Notes: generated by a model from the sequence alone, not told the origin. A stretch of DNA of 64,000 nt from Eledone cirrhosa (GCA_964016885.1 OZ024746.1:27094001-27158000), one strand, 5' to 3'; counted from the stretch's first letter, positions 43,008 to 58,553 are shown. A program made the numbers and translations.

Positions 43008-44140
43008 TCAAATAATTAGATAATAAAGACTAATTATATATAAACGAGAAACCTGCATCAAATAGCTGTATTACGTATATTGTATTATTTTATGTATATT
43101 TATTTTACATAAAAACGTCAAGTTTTGGCTAAAAAGTTCAGTCGACCTTAAGGATAATTCCACCCAGCCTTGCAAATCTATGTCGACAGCTTGAAAACCA
43201 GTACCTTGAATTTTTGACATCAATGCACTTAAGAAAGGTTTCTGTCTCACATTCTTATTCCAATCTTCTATAAATTTATGGTGTTGTGGTTGTGTATAAG
43301 AAATCAATATCTTGGTTTAATAAAAGTTCAGTTCTTGAGATTTAATTCTCTATTTTGTTTTTCCTTTCTTTTGGAATTGATGAAAATTTACGCAGATCGC
43401 CAATATTTGGAGTAACGTAAAATTAATGAAAAAAAAAAAAAAAAAAAAAAATCAAAATTAGAAAAAAATTATCATGAGACAACAGAAGAAGCAACAACAA
43501 CAATGCTTACATCAGCAGCAAGAATGACAAAAACAATGGCAAAAACAAACTTATAAAATTAGAAAAACAAATTGAAAAAAATTAACTGAAATAATAGCAG
43601 CAGCAGTAGTAACAGAAACAACATCAACAACATCAACAGCAGCGGCAACAGAAACCACGATGACAACAACAACGGCAACAACATTATAAAAAAAAAAAAA
43701 AAAAACCAAAAAAACCAAAATTAAATAAAAAGACCAGAGCAGAATCAGCGTCGACAACACTGAAATAACAACATAATAAAATATAAAATTTATAAAAATA
43801 GTGAAAATGTAATAAATAAAGAATATGTTGAACGGAAATACTTGTATCCAACAGTGAATTCGAGCATAGTCTGTGTGTCTGGTTCGCTGGTTGCCAGAGT
43901 GATTAATGGCCGAAATTTGACAGAAATGCTTTAACGCCTTGGCCTCGAACACTCCATCTCATTACAATCGATCGCTATTAATATAAAGAACTCGGCCTGT
44001 CATATCACGATATTTTATTCTTTATTTCAACACACTATATATGTACTATATACACTATATGGTTTTGTATTTATTTATGCAAGAATGAATAGTGTATGTA
44101 TGTATGTATGTATTTATGTATGTATGTATGTATGCATGTA

Positions 44141-44199
<59 letters not shown>

Positions 44200-44519
44200 A
44201 CGTATAAATGAGTGTGTGTGTGTTTGTTTTTCTCTGTGTATGTTTATGATAGCTTGCTTTCTATATTTTACAACTATCTTTGAAAATATACTGTGACTTG
44301 AAAATAATTGGTTTCTAATTTAGGCACAAGATTAGAAATTTTGTAGGGTGGGCATGCCGATTGCATCGACCTTAATGCTTGACAGAATAATAAAAAAGAA
44401 AGTTCACCTCCGCGGGATTAGAACTTAGAACATAAAGAGCCGTAACTAAATGCCGTGTCTCTCGCTCGGCAGTCATGCTTAATCAATTATAGTTAGACAA
44501 TGAAATGACCCCATTAACA

Positions 44520-44845
44520 ATACTTTGCTCTATCATGAGATTGTAGACCAAACATACAGACAATACCACTGCCACAGATATTACTGAATACGTTTGGCAG
44601 TGGCAGTATGGCAGATGTTCTGGTTCTATATATCTCTCTCTTATGGGACACTAGACAAACATTATTGATACAACCACACCTCCAGATATTGCAGAATACA
44701 TTTGGTTGTGGCAGTATGTTTAATCTGGTTCTGGTTCTATCTTTCAAGAGATTGTAGACCGGCAGTACTGACTGTACAACCACACCTGCAGATATTACAG
44801 AATACAGTTGGCAGTGCCAGTTTAGTAAATATTGTTCTGGTTTTT
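44520..44845. repeat. Degenerate tandem duplication
   Basis: cagatatt.cagaatac..ttgg..gtg.cagt at about 44575, 44683 and 44789. Confidence 0.6.
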
Positions 44846-44930
44846 TTCTCTATTTCTTTATAAACACACACACACACACGCACGCACACACACGCACACA
44901 CGCACACACACTCACACACACACACACACG

Positions 44931-44967
<37 letters not shown>

Positions 44968-44977
44968 GCGCGCGCGC

Positions 44978-45058
<81 letters not shown>

Positions 45059-45394
45059 TATATAGATAGTAAACAAATCTAATGCAGAACAATTCCAAAC
45101 TGTTATATAAAAGTGACCAAACTTTTCTATTCCTATATGGCTTTTGTTGTTGTTTAACGCCCAAATCCGCCTAATGTATTGTTGAGACGATAAGATTTAT
45201 TTTTAGGGAGATTTTATTGCGAAAGAATGATTGGAGTAAATTTCCGCTGACATGAAGTCTAAAGCCTAAACTAGGCTCTAGATCTGTACAATGGATGGTA
45301 TAGGAAAAAAAAAATCTTCATATGTGATTGCCACGCTTATCTATCTAGGTTACCGTAACTACATATATATATGGTTGTTTTTGTTGTTATATGA

Positions 45395-45725
45395 CGGCGC
45401 AAGGCTTAGTGGCCAAATCGTTAAATTCGCTATCACGAAGTTATGAATTCGATTCCTGGACCAGGCGGTGCTTGTGTCCTTGAGTAAGACACTTTATTTC
45501 ACGTTGCTCCAGTTCACTCTGTTGTAGAAATGAGTTGCGATGTCACTGGCGCCAAGCTGTATTGGCCGGTGCCTTTCCCTTGGACAGCATCGGTGGCGTG
45601 GAGAAGGGGGACTGGATAACTACTGGTCTTCCACAAAAATACCTTGTCTGGTTTTGTGCCTCGGAGAGGAACTTTCCAGGTAAAAAACCATGGTCACTCG
45701 TGACCAAAAGGAGTCTTTATCCTTC
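45395..45725 (+). mobile_element. tRNA-derived SINE related to the 27502 family
   Basis: ttcgattcctggaccaggcg..tgtccttgagtaagacactttatttcacgttg. Confidence 0.75.
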
Positions 45726-46729
45726 GTTGTTATTGTTTATCCTCAAATCAGATTTGATTAATCAGATCTAAGGTCAAAGTCATTCCGTCTATAATCACTT
45801 GTAGATGTCCTTTGTTTTTTAAGACAGTAGTTTGCAATATGAGCAAGATATGACTACTATTTTTGAGCAGGTCAGGTGAACACACGGAAGTTCCCTCCTT
45901 AACTTACATTTGTAAAGTAGTCCAACATTGGAAAAAGAGAAAGAAATTTTAAGAAAAGAAAACAAAAACAACTCATAATATCTCATGTAATTATCTCAAT
46001 CATTAAGCGGGAAAATTTTATAATTGTGAATAATTGAAGATTAATTATTTTATAGTGTTTGATTTCTACAGCATTTCATTGTCTTCTTGATTTCTGGTGT
46101 GTGTGAAATGTGTGTGTATGTATGAGTGTGTGCATGTGAGTGTGTTTGTTTGTGTGTGAATGTGAGTGTGTGAGTGTGTGCGTGTAAGTGTGTGTTTGAA
46201 TGTGTGTGTGCGTTTGTGTGTAGGGAGTGGTGGATGTGGGGGTAGACTTATTTTGGATGTTTGCATTATCTGGAAGACACTACTCTATGTGAGCCTCTCG
46301 GTGGTCCAACAACGTGCTAGAAATAACAGCTAAATCTATCTATTATGATAGTTTTAAGAATAAAGACACAAAAGACTATGTAGAGCTAGAGAATTTAACA
46401 CCGTTATTGTCATAGCTAGAATACTTTAGTCGTTGTCTTCTCAACAAGTGCTGGACGAGGGGTAGGCAATATAAACAGCAAAATTACTTTACTACAAAGA
46501 AGTCGTTCAAATATTTCTGTACGCCTTTTCGCAAAGAAGGGCTTTAGACTGTAAAACATGACCCCCGCAACATAAAAAAGACTTCATACCATGAAGCATG
46601 AAAGAATAATTCTTACTTTAACGGGGAAAATGGTCTTTAAACGCCTGTTATTGCTGGAGTGTTATGTATTCAGGGAAAAGGCAGATTCACAAAGACGCGC
46701 GCGCGCGCGCGCACACACACACACAGACA

Positions 46730-46800
<71 letters not shown>

Positions 46801-47127
46801 ACACAGAGCCGGCCAGTGATATTCCATAGACAGAGAAGACCCATCACTCACATATATGGTCCAAATGAAAATGTTAAAAACATTGTATATACTAAAGTTC
46901 TGTAAATATTTTATAATTTTCGCAGAATACATTTCCCCATCATTTTCTTTATTATTTTCTGTATTTAGATATTCTAAATAAAATTTTAAAATTATGTTAT
47001 GCAATATTTAAATATCTTTTAATATATTTTATTTCAAGGAAAATGGACTTTGCGCTAGATGTCAATAGGTGTTTTATGAATAGATTTGAGTACAGTACAG
47101 CCTTGAATGAAGACCGGGAGGCCGTTA

Positions 47128-47202
<75 letters not shown>

Positions 47203-47218
47203 TATATACACACACACA

Positions 47219-47266
<48 letters not shown>

Positions 47267-47268
<2 letters not shown>

Positions 47269-47599
47269 GGTGGCTGCCAACTCGTTTTCGAGTACGGCCA
47301 CTACTTTATATCCATGTAGGAGAACCCTTACCGATGCGCTGAACGAGTGTGACTTTTTAGTCCAGCCAGCGACTTGAAAACTCTGGTACAAACACTACAC
47401 CTGTGACAATTATTGACACATAGTGCTGGGCCCATGGTACCATGTGATGACAAGTGCAGAGAGATCTCCAGATATAAAGCAATGCCTGTGCCGTGAAGCT
47501 TTTATAGTGAGCAAAGGCACTGCACAAAGCCAGTCCCACTCTCTTAACCAAGATGATATTTACCAAAAAGAAGAACAAGTCAACATCATTGGATACCAT
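47267..47599 (-). mobile_element. 3' half of the RTE-derived element
   Basis: Reverse complement of 36158-36490. Confidence 0.85.
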
Positions 47600-48457
47600 A
47601 CATATATACATACACACACACACATATATACATATATATATGTTTGTGGGTGTGTGTGTGTGTGTGTGTATGTGTGTGTATATGTGTGTGTATGTGTGTA
47701 TGGGTATTTGTGTGTGTGTATGTATATGTGTATGTGTGTATGTGTGTATATGTATGCGTACGTGTGTATATGTGTATCTGTATGTATGCGTGTTCCTGCA
47801 TCTTTTAATAAGAAATCTTGAACTCTGTAAGTAAGTCAAGCGACCTCCACCTCCTTACAGGATTTTCATTATTTCGATTAGAGTACAACGAAACCACTTA
47901 TCTAATTCAACCCCAACATTATCACCCAGTCTTCAAGAACAGTCTCCCCACTCTCACTCTCTCTTTCTTCCATCGCCTATCCCTAAATCCGTCCCTCTCC
48001 CCTTCTTCTTAAATCACTTTACACAGAAATTCCGTCAGCTTTACACTTAGTTATCTTTATAACCCCAACAAATCTGTAATCATACAACATACTTATCTCA
48101 TTAAATCGTTCTATGATAATTTAGTTTTTACCACCATTATATCTGCATATATTTTACGACTTCCTTAGTCCGTATCCATCAATCATTTGTCTCTTAGAAC
48201 GCCTACACCAAGCTACTCTCAACTTAAGAACTCTCATTAGGTATTTCTGGTACGCTTCATTTTATATTCCTTTTATACACAATTTTTATTGCAATCTTGC
48301 TTATCATCACACTTGAATATATAATATATTTATTTATCTCATCACTCCCTTATTTTTTCACACACACACACACTCACTGACCCACACTCACACACACACT
48401 CACCGACCCACACTCACACACACATACGAACTTACACAAACTCATACACACACACAT

Positions 48458-48550
<93 letters not shown>

Positions 48551-48641
48551 TACATAGATATATATATATAGGCACATGTTCACGAATACCTTGTAAATGG
48601 AGCTTGGTAAACAGAAACTGTACAAGCAGGTCATGTGTGTA

Positions 48642-48691
<50 letters not shown>

Positions 48692-48884
48692 CACTTTTGT
48701 CTGTTTGTGTAAGTTAAAGGTTGGACAAAAAAGAGATCAATAAAATAAGCAGCGGTTCGATATAATCGACTAAATCATGACGTTTCTTCATTATGATTAC
48801 AGTGTATGTATGTATGTATGTATGTATGTATGTATGTATGTATGTATGTATGTATGTATGTATGTATGTATGTATGTATACATG

Positions 48885-50170
48885 GCACTCATTAACTCGC
48901 AAGTGATGGCTTCATTTTGGCTGCAAATGTGATCAGAAATGGAGTTCACCCAAAGTGTCGATTCTGTGATGACCATGTTGAGAAAATTGACCACCTTGTT
49001 TCAGGCTGCAAGGTATTAGCTTCTCAGGAATATAAATCGAGGCATGATAGAGTGGGGCAATACTTACACTGGGTAATGTGCGAGTTTCATGGTTTGAAAA
49101 CGGAGGAAAAATAGTAAGAAAAACCCTTACATGACCAATGCCTGAAAAAGTTGAATAGAGAGGAAATAGACAAGCAAAATACACAAACTTGCTACGAAGG
49201 ACTGGACTAAAAGCCGAGACTGAAGGATTTCTAGTTTCAGTGCAACACCAAATCTTCCCCACCAGAAACCCCCAGAACTACATAATTGTTTCTACGTTAG
49301 GCACAAGGCCAGCAATCACCCAGTGCATTACTGGTACTTTATTTTATCGACCCCGTAAGGATGAAAGGCAAAGTCAACCTCGGCGGGATTTGAACTCAGA
49401 TCGTAAAGGGACGTAACTATGCTGGAAAGCATGGCGTCCGACTCTCTACTGATACTGCCAATCCACCCAGAACTACACAATGAAGCAGAACACAGTAAGT
49501 AGCTGCAGAATATGTGGAGGTGGGGAAGACACAACTAACCACATTATCTCTGGCTGCCCAATCTTAGCCAAAAAGGAATATATTCACAGACATGATAGAG
49601 TTGGGATTTACATACATTGGAAGTTATGCCAACCCTCCAAAATACCAACAGAAAAACAATGGTACAGACATACATCAGGAAAGGTCTCAGAGAACGACAA
49701 AGCAACCATACTCTGGGATATGCAAATAAATACTGACAGTAGTTATTGGCATATTCCAGAGAATGGTTGCTCAAAGCCAACCGACCAGATATTATAGTCA
49801 AATATTACAAAGAAAAGAAATATCTTCTAATAGATGTATCAATCCTCACAGATGACTATATATCTCCCAAGGAAATGGAGAAACTATCCAAATATAAAGA
49901 TCTAGAGATAGAATTAACCCGAATGTGGATGATGAAGACAGAAACAATACTTATAATAATAAATGCTCTAGGGATGATAAAAAAACACACAGACAGATAC
50001 ATAACCAGATACAACTCTAGGACGTACAAATATATACAGCATACAAAAATAGCACTACTAGGCACAGCACACATATTACGAAGAGTACTCTCAATACACT
50101 AGAAACAACACCACCAAAAACCACACTGCACACACCAAGGCGTACAGAACTGCGCTCGGTAATGTAGTGA
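48885..50170 (+). mobile_element. R4/Dong-like LINE 3' region (CCHC and restriction-like endonuclease); two adjacent fragments, second interrupted by a SINE
   Basis: CRICG..DTTNHIISGC..YIHRHDRVG, ILWD, ANRPDII, IDVS, KYKDLEIEL, LLGTAHILRRVL; ends in (TAA/TGA)n. Confidence 0.85.
49283..49466 (-). mobile_element. tRNA-SINE inserted in the LINE with 12 bp TSD
   Basis: cccagaactaca at 49271-49282 and 49466-49477. Confidence 0.9.
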
Positions 50171-50243
50171 TAATGCGCAAAATAATGATGATGATGATGA
50201 TATTGAAGCTGATGATGATGATAATGTCGATGATGATGATAAT

Positions 50244-50433
50244 AATTGTTTCTACTTTTGGCACAAGGCCAGCAATTGCCCAGTGTATTACTGGCACTTT
50301 ATTTTATCGACCCCGTAAGGATGAAAGGCAAAGTTAACCTCGGCGGGATTTGAACTCAGAATGGCAAGGGCCGTAACTCTATGCGTCAAAGCATGGCGTC
50401 CGACCCTCTATCGATACTGCCAATCCACCGCCC
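50244..50433 (-). mobile_element. Full-length tRNA-SINE
   Basis: Same family as 42820. Confidence 0.88.
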
Positions 50434-51404
50434 TGATGATGATGATAATAATAATAATAACAACGACATCAATAATAATAAATAGATAGAAATTCGTTTT
50501 CTCCATTGTTATTCATAACAGAAGCAATCTCTGATGAGTTAATGGCTGCAAATACAACATAGAAGACAGCATTGCATGGAAAACTAGATTTAGTATTTGT
50601 TAGAAACGGAAAAAAATTTATTATTTTGATAAATGCATCCTCCTTGCGTGTTACGTTATTTCAATAGTTCTTTAGTTCACTCTTTGTTTTATTCATTTAT
50701 TTATTTATTTATTTATTTATTTATTCATTCAACTAACCGCTAATTATTACTATTTGAAATACGGGATAACCTTGCTTAAAATCCAACAGTTTATTATTAT
50801 TTTTACTGGAAAATGATCCCAAAGAAGAAATTACTGTGAGAAATTCCTTTGAGAATAAAGCTATTCTCCTGAAATACGATCAATCTTAATTTCATTATTG
50901 TGTTTGAAAGATGTATTTTTGCTAGCTACCACCTCATTAAACTAATGTTGTCCATGCTAGATGCTAATTTCTCATAGGATCTGTTTTTTTTCACCCCCAA
51001 ATTTAGCTTCTCTTCCATTAGCTATGAAATACTCAAACTGTCTTTATTCTTTCCAAGATGCTAGAAAGGTAACAATTCATTGTTTATTCTTAGTAAAGTT
51101 TTACAGTTTACGCCATAAAATAGCTAAACATTTCACGTGTTGAGGATGTTATGTGTTGACACTAAATATTCATGCATAACATAGCGTGTATAAAAAATCT
51201 AAGATAAATTTAATGTAGAAGTAATAACAGTTATAAATTATAATCCACGCTGTGAAAAACAAACAAACACAGGAATGGGCGATGTCTTCTGTTTTTCTCT
51301 GTACGAAGAGATTAAAAAAACTTTCTTTATACTTGTTCATTTTCACAGCGAGGTTTATAATCTATAACTGTATTTTTATCTACATTAAACTTATATTACC
51401 CATT

Positions 51405-51830
51405 TACACGTAAAGCTTTATGTATAGATATTTTCTTACATGTGCATTGATGTCTCCCATTAGGACTAATAACTCCGTCTTAACTACATCTAATGTTACA
51501 GTGTTTAGTGCATAAAATTGCATCAACCACAGAGATCTATCTTTCAGGAGGCAAAACCCTCTCCCAATGGGATCCAGTCCACAATACATTCTGATAACCG
51601 GGTGCTTGTGAGTATTCCCATTCCTGCCTGTACAGTCCTTTCTGACGTCACACCTGAATATTGGAATTTCCATCCTCCATCCAAATTTACAGTACCAGAG
51701 TCACGAACTTTGTTGAGGAAACCCTAACTATATCTAACCAACAGAATCTGGCCTCCTCCACTAGTTCTTGCTTCTTAGTTCTAAGTGTCGTGATGTTTCA
51801 GGTTCCAATTTTTACGGTTTGCTCATTTTT
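51405..51830 (-). pseudogene. LINE apurinic-endonuclease fragment
   Basis: LLVLMGDINAHV (GDFNA motif); TTLRTKKQELVEEA N-terminal segment. Confidence 0.6.
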
Positions 51831-52213
51831 GAACCCTCTTTGGGGATTCGGGATACGCAGTATTTGTGCGTACATCCAATATCTCTCAGAACAGGTCGCA
51901 GGCCCATCGCCAGTTTTTACAGCATGAGATGGAGACTGAAATAAATATTTCCGATCAGGTCCCTCTACCTAAGACTTGGACGCGTCCCTTGTTAACTCGC
52001 GTGAGGGACGATGCGGTACGACTACCTTTGTTATGTCTCACCATATTGCAGTGATTTATAGGGGTCATATTCGCGCAAGTCACCAATTTGATACTTTTCT
52101 CAGACCGCGAAGACTAGGCTTTTCCTTTTCCTTTCACATTGTTGGCCTTGTGCCCAAAATAGAAATAATTGATAAAAAAATATAAAGCAATGAGAGGGAG
52201 AGAGAGAGAGAGT

Positions 52214-52294
<81 letters not shown>

Positions 52295-52368
52295 GAGGTG
52301 AAGGGAATATATATATATATATATAGTGACAGAGAAATTGAGAGTGTGTTCGAAAGTGAGGGAGAGGA

Positions 52369-52436
<68 letters not shown>

Positions 52437-52685
52437 TGAAATATACATAGATTGGATACAATGAAACACTCATAACGTCAGTATGTTATTTAAGCACTAA
52501 TGAAAAAGAAAACAAAAGAAAACATTAAATCTCTTCAAACAATGGAAGACGACATTGTGAAGCAATATAAATAGACTGAATGTATATCAAGAGAAATACA
52601 TTTTAAAATAAATACATGGAAACAATATATTCTTGGTGGAATGTATTGGAAGAATTATCAAAAGATTTGATGTAGGGAATAATAT

Positions 52686-52865
52686 AATTGTTTCTACTTT
52701 TGGCACAAGGACAGCAATTACCCAGCACATTACTGATACTTTATTTTATAGACCCCGTAAGGACGAAAGGCAAAGTTAACGTCGGCGGGATTTGAACTCA
52801 GATCGTAAAGGCCTGTAACTCTATGCTGCAAAGCATGGCGCCCAACCCTCTACCGATAATGCCAA
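52686..52865 (-). mobile_element. tRNA-SINE
   Basis: Same family core and tail. Confidence 0.85.
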
Positions 52866-53313
52866 TATAATGTAAGGCTAAAATATTTCAGTTTTATGGC
52901 AGCACATTTTAACAATTCAGACCAGCAACTCAGCTTTTGTACGCTGAGTATTTCAGTAAAACACTTTTCTAAAACAATTATGAAAACGCAAATTATATAT
53001 AACGGTATAAAGCTGATCGTCAGGTTGGAGTAAGGTAACAATGTGTCCATTGTTGATACTCCCTGTCAGTCGGAACTCCTAGCAGAAGGAGAAATGTGAA
53101 ATAAAATATTTTGCACAGAAACACAACTCCCTGTCCAAGAATCGAAGCCACGACTTTATGATTGTGAGTCTAACACACTAACCACTAGAATATGCATTTT
53201 TCATTTATATATTAATCATAGTTCTTTTCATGACCATCACTCTTGTCTAAATTGGAATTTATATCATTATATGGGTATGTTTTATTATTTAAATTTTAGA
53301 GATAATAAAATTA

Positions 53314-53489
53314 ATTGTTTCTACTTTAGGCACAAGGCCAGAAATTACCCAGTGCATTACTGGTACTTTATTTTATCGACCCCGTAAGGATGAAAGGCAA
53401 AGTCAACCTCGGCGGGATTTGAACTCAGATCGTAAAGGGACGTAACTATGCTGGAAAGCATGGCGTCCGACCCTCTACCGATACTGCCA
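53314..53489 (-). mobile_element. tRNA-SINE
   Basis: Same family core and tail. Confidence 0.88.
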
Positions 53490-54356
53490 GAGTTATAAAG
53501 TCTTAAATTTAAACAAAGTCTTATGTATAGATATTTCGCAAAAAATGCTTATGAAGATGTATAAAGATATACTAAACTTGTAAGATGTTGTTTTGTACAA
53601 TTATTTGTAATATAATTTAAGCTATTCACTATTTATATTTCTAGTATTCTAAATGATATTTAGCTGTGAAGCAAACATCAATAACACGTTTGAGAAGAAA
53701 CACATTATCTAGAAAGTTCTTGATTTCTGTGAAAACAAGAATTTTAGTCGAGTCGGAGCTATGGCAGAAGGGAGTTGACCAATAGGGCATGCAGTCTAAT
53801 CGAACGCATCACAGCATAATTATGAAGCGAAAATGTTAAGTCCTATATACTGCGATTAAAACAACAACAACAACAAAACATTCTTTGATAGCAGCTGGAG
53901 TGTATTAGAACAAAAATGATCCCTCAATTCACTCTCAAGGCTAAGTTATACCAAAGTTATAGTAGAAGTAATTTAATCAAATCCTGAACCACGCAGTTGC
54001 AAAATGTTTCTCCAACTCATACAGCCTTGCTTGCGGCCATTGCCTTAAAAATGCTTTGATAGCAAATAGAGTGTATTATTTTCAATTAAGAAAGTTACGT
54101 CATCTGAAAGCAGACACACAGTTGTTATCAGTCGTTATTTCTTTACAACTTGTCTACTAAGAAATCAAACTAGTTCCTGTCTACTGGTATTTAAATATAT
54201 CACCATATGTTTTCTCACTTCATCTTGGCAACATTCCCTCTAACTCTGTGTCTGGTTAGCATTTAGGGTGGAAACGAAAAGATATGTCTTGCTTTTTCTC
54301 TTTCCTATATATACATTCTTTTTGTACCTGCATCTATATACACAAATACTTGTAAT

Positions 54357-54482
<126 letters not shown>

Positions 54483-54525
54483 AATTTATATATATATATA
54501 TATTATATATATGCATAGAAATTTG

Positions 54526-54563
<38 letters not shown>

Positions 54564-54567
54564 AATT

Positions 54568-54601
<34 letters not shown>

Positions 54602-54612
54602 AGTTTCTATGC

Positions 54613-54702
<90 letters not shown>

Positions 54703-54713
54703 GCATCGAAATT

Positions 54714-54753
<40 letters not shown>

Positions 54754-55200
54754 AAGATATATATATATATATAAGTGTGTGTGTGTATGTGCATGTATAT
54801 ATGTATATATGTATATATGTATGTATGTGTCATTACGAGTATTTGTGTATATAGATGCAGGTATAAAAAAATGTAAAAAGTAATCAACATATAACGAGGA
54901 CATTGAAAATAGATTTATTAACTTATTCATGCATTACCAGTGGTTTCGTAAGACATAAACACACCTAACTCTTCAGTTGCGTTTTGAATAATGCACACAC
55001 ACTCACTCATATATATATATACTCACACACACACAAACACACACATATATATATATATATAAATTTCTATGCATGTATTCATACACACATACACACACAT
55101 ATATATGATATAACATAAAATATAATAATAATAGGTGCCCCAGCATGGTCTCATCCTCTCGACCGGAACACAAGTAAATGAATATCATAATAATAGTAAC

Positions 55201-55281
<81 letters not shown>

Positions 55282-55284
<3 letters not shown>

Positions 55285-55576
55285 TGTTTCTACTTTAGGC
55301 ACAAGGCCAGCAATTACCCAGTGCATTACTGGTACTTTATTTTATCGACTCCGTAAGGATGAAAGGCAAAGTTAACCTCGACAATAATAATTGTTTCTAC
55401 TTTAGGCACAAGGCCAGCAATTACCCAGTACATTACTGGTACTTTATTTTATCGACCCCGTAAGGATGAAAGGCAAAGTTAACCTCGGCGGGATTTGAAC
55501 TCAGACTCTAAAGGGATGTAACTATGCTAGAAAGCATGACATCCAACCCTCTACCGTTACTGCCAATTCACCAACC
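55282..55576 (-). mobile_element. Truncated SINE (55282-55380) followed by a full SINE (55389-55576)
   Basis: aacctcgacaataataat duplicated at about 55374 and 55573. Confidence 0.85.
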
Positions 55577-55589
55577 TCGACAATAATAA

Positions 55590-56520
55590 TAATAATGATG
55601 ATTTCATTATTAGCCATGCAGGGCTCACATGAAGAAAAAGACATTAAAGACTCTACAGGACGGTACAAGACGGCACTGTGTGGGTTTTGGTATGTAAAAT
55701 GTCATATAAGAAAAATAAAGAAAACTTGCAATACAAATTCAAACAAAATAAATTCCTCCAATGGAGCGGGGCGGGCATCCGAGGGTCACAGGCTGAGAAA
55801 GCCCACAACAAGCCACGATCACTTTGACTTCCAGGGCAAGTGCCCTCTTCCAATCTTCCCTCTCTAATTTACAGGTGCATACCCAGAACAGGCCCATTCA
55901 CTCGCACCATGCTTGCCTCTCTCACTCACCTTTCAATAAATTGCTTGGAAGACAGCATCTCTCCATCCCGATTTTCTTTTTCAAGGGAATCCTGAAAAAG
56001 TTAAGCAGGGATTCTCCAAAGAGGAAAGTGCTTGTCTTCAACCCTTTCAGACGTGTCAACCACACAACCTCTTTCATTATGGTCACCTCGCAGGTAAAAA
56101 ATGCCCTTTTTGACTAAAGGAAGGCAGCGAGGAAATCTTCATGATTAACTCATGATAGTCGCACCCATCCTACACGTGATAGGTATACTCCATACTCTCT
56201 GTACGATGTATCACATGAGGTGAAGGTTGTCGTGTATAGACCAGGTCGTGATTGCGCTCGTCTAGTTCTTGAACTGTGGTCTATATTGGACATGATGTCT
56301 TTCAGTGCCCTTTTCACTTCAGTCAGTGTGGCTGGCTCCGACCGGCTTGTCTTTGTGGAAATAGATCTATATATATAAGGGTTTTCTTTTCCGTTGTTAC
56401 CAAAATCTCTGTGGTGATGGCTACATCGGCTCATACCTTTTGGATTTTGATTGGGCCAAATATGTGTCTTTCTCTATGAGGTTCATTAGGAACCGTTCTG
56501 TTGCTTTTGCAGCTGTTGCT
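55590..56520 (-). mobile_element. Internally deleted Tx1-like LINE
   Basis: Minus-strand IHDNLHLM*YIVQRV (about 56195-56240) and MKEVVWLTRLKGL (about 56035-56078) match the 8404-10254 protein; left part is 3' UTR. Confidence 0.75.
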
Positions 56521-56701
56521 GCAAATGTATTGTTATTGTTGTTGTTACTGTTTGTGTTCATGTTGTTTATTTAACCTTAATAAAATAAATATCTAAACTC
56601 TACTTCGGTACTCAGTACTCTTTTCTCTCGGACGTCAACTACATACGGATATATATATTTATACGTACACTCACATATAAATATATATATATATATACAC
56701 G

Positions 56702-56804
<103 letters not shown>

Positions 56805-56837
56805 AGTAAGTATGTTTTGAAACAGTGAGCGAGTTTG

Positions 56838-57041
56838 AAATTAGAAAATATATAGCTTTCACCGTATTTTTAACTAAAGGAATTTTAGTTTGATAACGGG
56901 GTTTAGAACCCTCAGATAAATGGAAAAAGATGAGTATGTACGTCAATACTCACCTTTTTCCATTTATCTGACGGTTCTAAACCCCGTTATCAAACTAAAA
57001 TTCCTTTAGTTAAAAATACGGTGAAAGCTATATATTTTCTA

Positions 57042-57045
<4 letters not shown>
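56838..57045. mobile_element. 100 bp-arm near-perfect palindrome beside (TA)n
   Basis: aaattagaaaatatatagctttc...gaaagctatatattttctaattt; loop gtacgtca 56938-56945. Confidence 0.9.
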
Positions 57046-57097
<52 letters not shown>

Positions 57098-58112
57098 CTG
57101 TATAGATATGTATATGTTTGTGAGTTGTTTATATTGTCTGTCCATGTATATAGAGAAGCCATTATGTTATCAGTTCAATGGAATAGTTTAATGACGGTGT
57201 TGCGAGTTCATTAAAAAGGTGCAACCGCTTTCGGGGCTTTATTGATTGCTATCAATAGAATCGTTGTATTCGATCTCTTTTAAGAAAGAAAGAACGGCAA
57301 CACCAATAACAATTACAAGAAAAGCTCTAATTTCTATGATATACATTTAAAAAAACATGAAATAAAACCATTGAATTTAGAGTATTTAGTGCAATAGGCA
57401 TGTCTGTTTGTAGTAAAGAGAACCAGAAGAGAGACATCGTTCACCGTTCGTAGGAATTTATAAAGGAATATAATTGAATGTTCGATATATCACTAATTAA
57501 AATTGACGTCAGATAATTTCATTTATTTATCTGTTTTAGTTATATGTAATATTTAAATTGTAATTAATCAAACTTGCTTGTATCGTTTAATTATCGGAGA
57601 AACCTTAAATTCAATTGACCTATTTTGCATCACACTGTAATAATCAGTAGAAGTAACATTTGAGAATAATGCATACAACATGGAGTAAAAGGAATAAAGT
57701 AGATGTAAATTCGTGTCAGTTTGAATCAAGATCTCCGTTTCAATTTCCGATAGAAATTGCTTGAAATGGTTTTATTCGTTGCTTTGAGGAAAGGCGGCGT
57801 TCGTGACTAATTTCAGAGTCTGTGAGATTGGTGGTAAACATAACGACGAACGCAAAGTAAGTTAAATGAATAAACCAATTACTAATTCTTGATAATTCGA
57901 ACACAGAAACCTGTTTCAATTTTCGATAGGTAATTCTTGAAATAATTTCTATATTACTTAGAAACTGTGATCATTTTCAGGGTCTCCCAGACAGATGCTA
58001 GGCAGAACAACGTGTGCAAGAAGTAGGCAATACATGAGGTAAATTCTTGTGAATTGAATGTTCGATGTATCACTAACCATCAAAGATGTTAAATATTTTA
58101 ATTATACACACA

Positions 58113-58164
<52 letters not shown>

Positions 58165-58285
58165 AACAAATAATATAATCGTCTGAGATTAAAAAAAATA
58201 TTTTCCCACATTCTCTTTTGGCACCTACTTTCCATAAAGACTTGTTATAGCTCTCCCTCTCATACACACACCCTCACACAATTCC

Positions 58286-58398
<113 letters not shown>

Positions 58399-58461
58399 AC
58401 ACTCACCATTTTACATTCGTAGTTGTTTTTCCAATCTTTGTTCTTTGCGCCTCCTATTTTG

Positions 58462-58553
<92 letters not shown>

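Noticed and set aside
57470-58075. Two pairs of 25-35 bp internal repeats
   Set aside because: Degenerate, with no termini or coding signal to assign.
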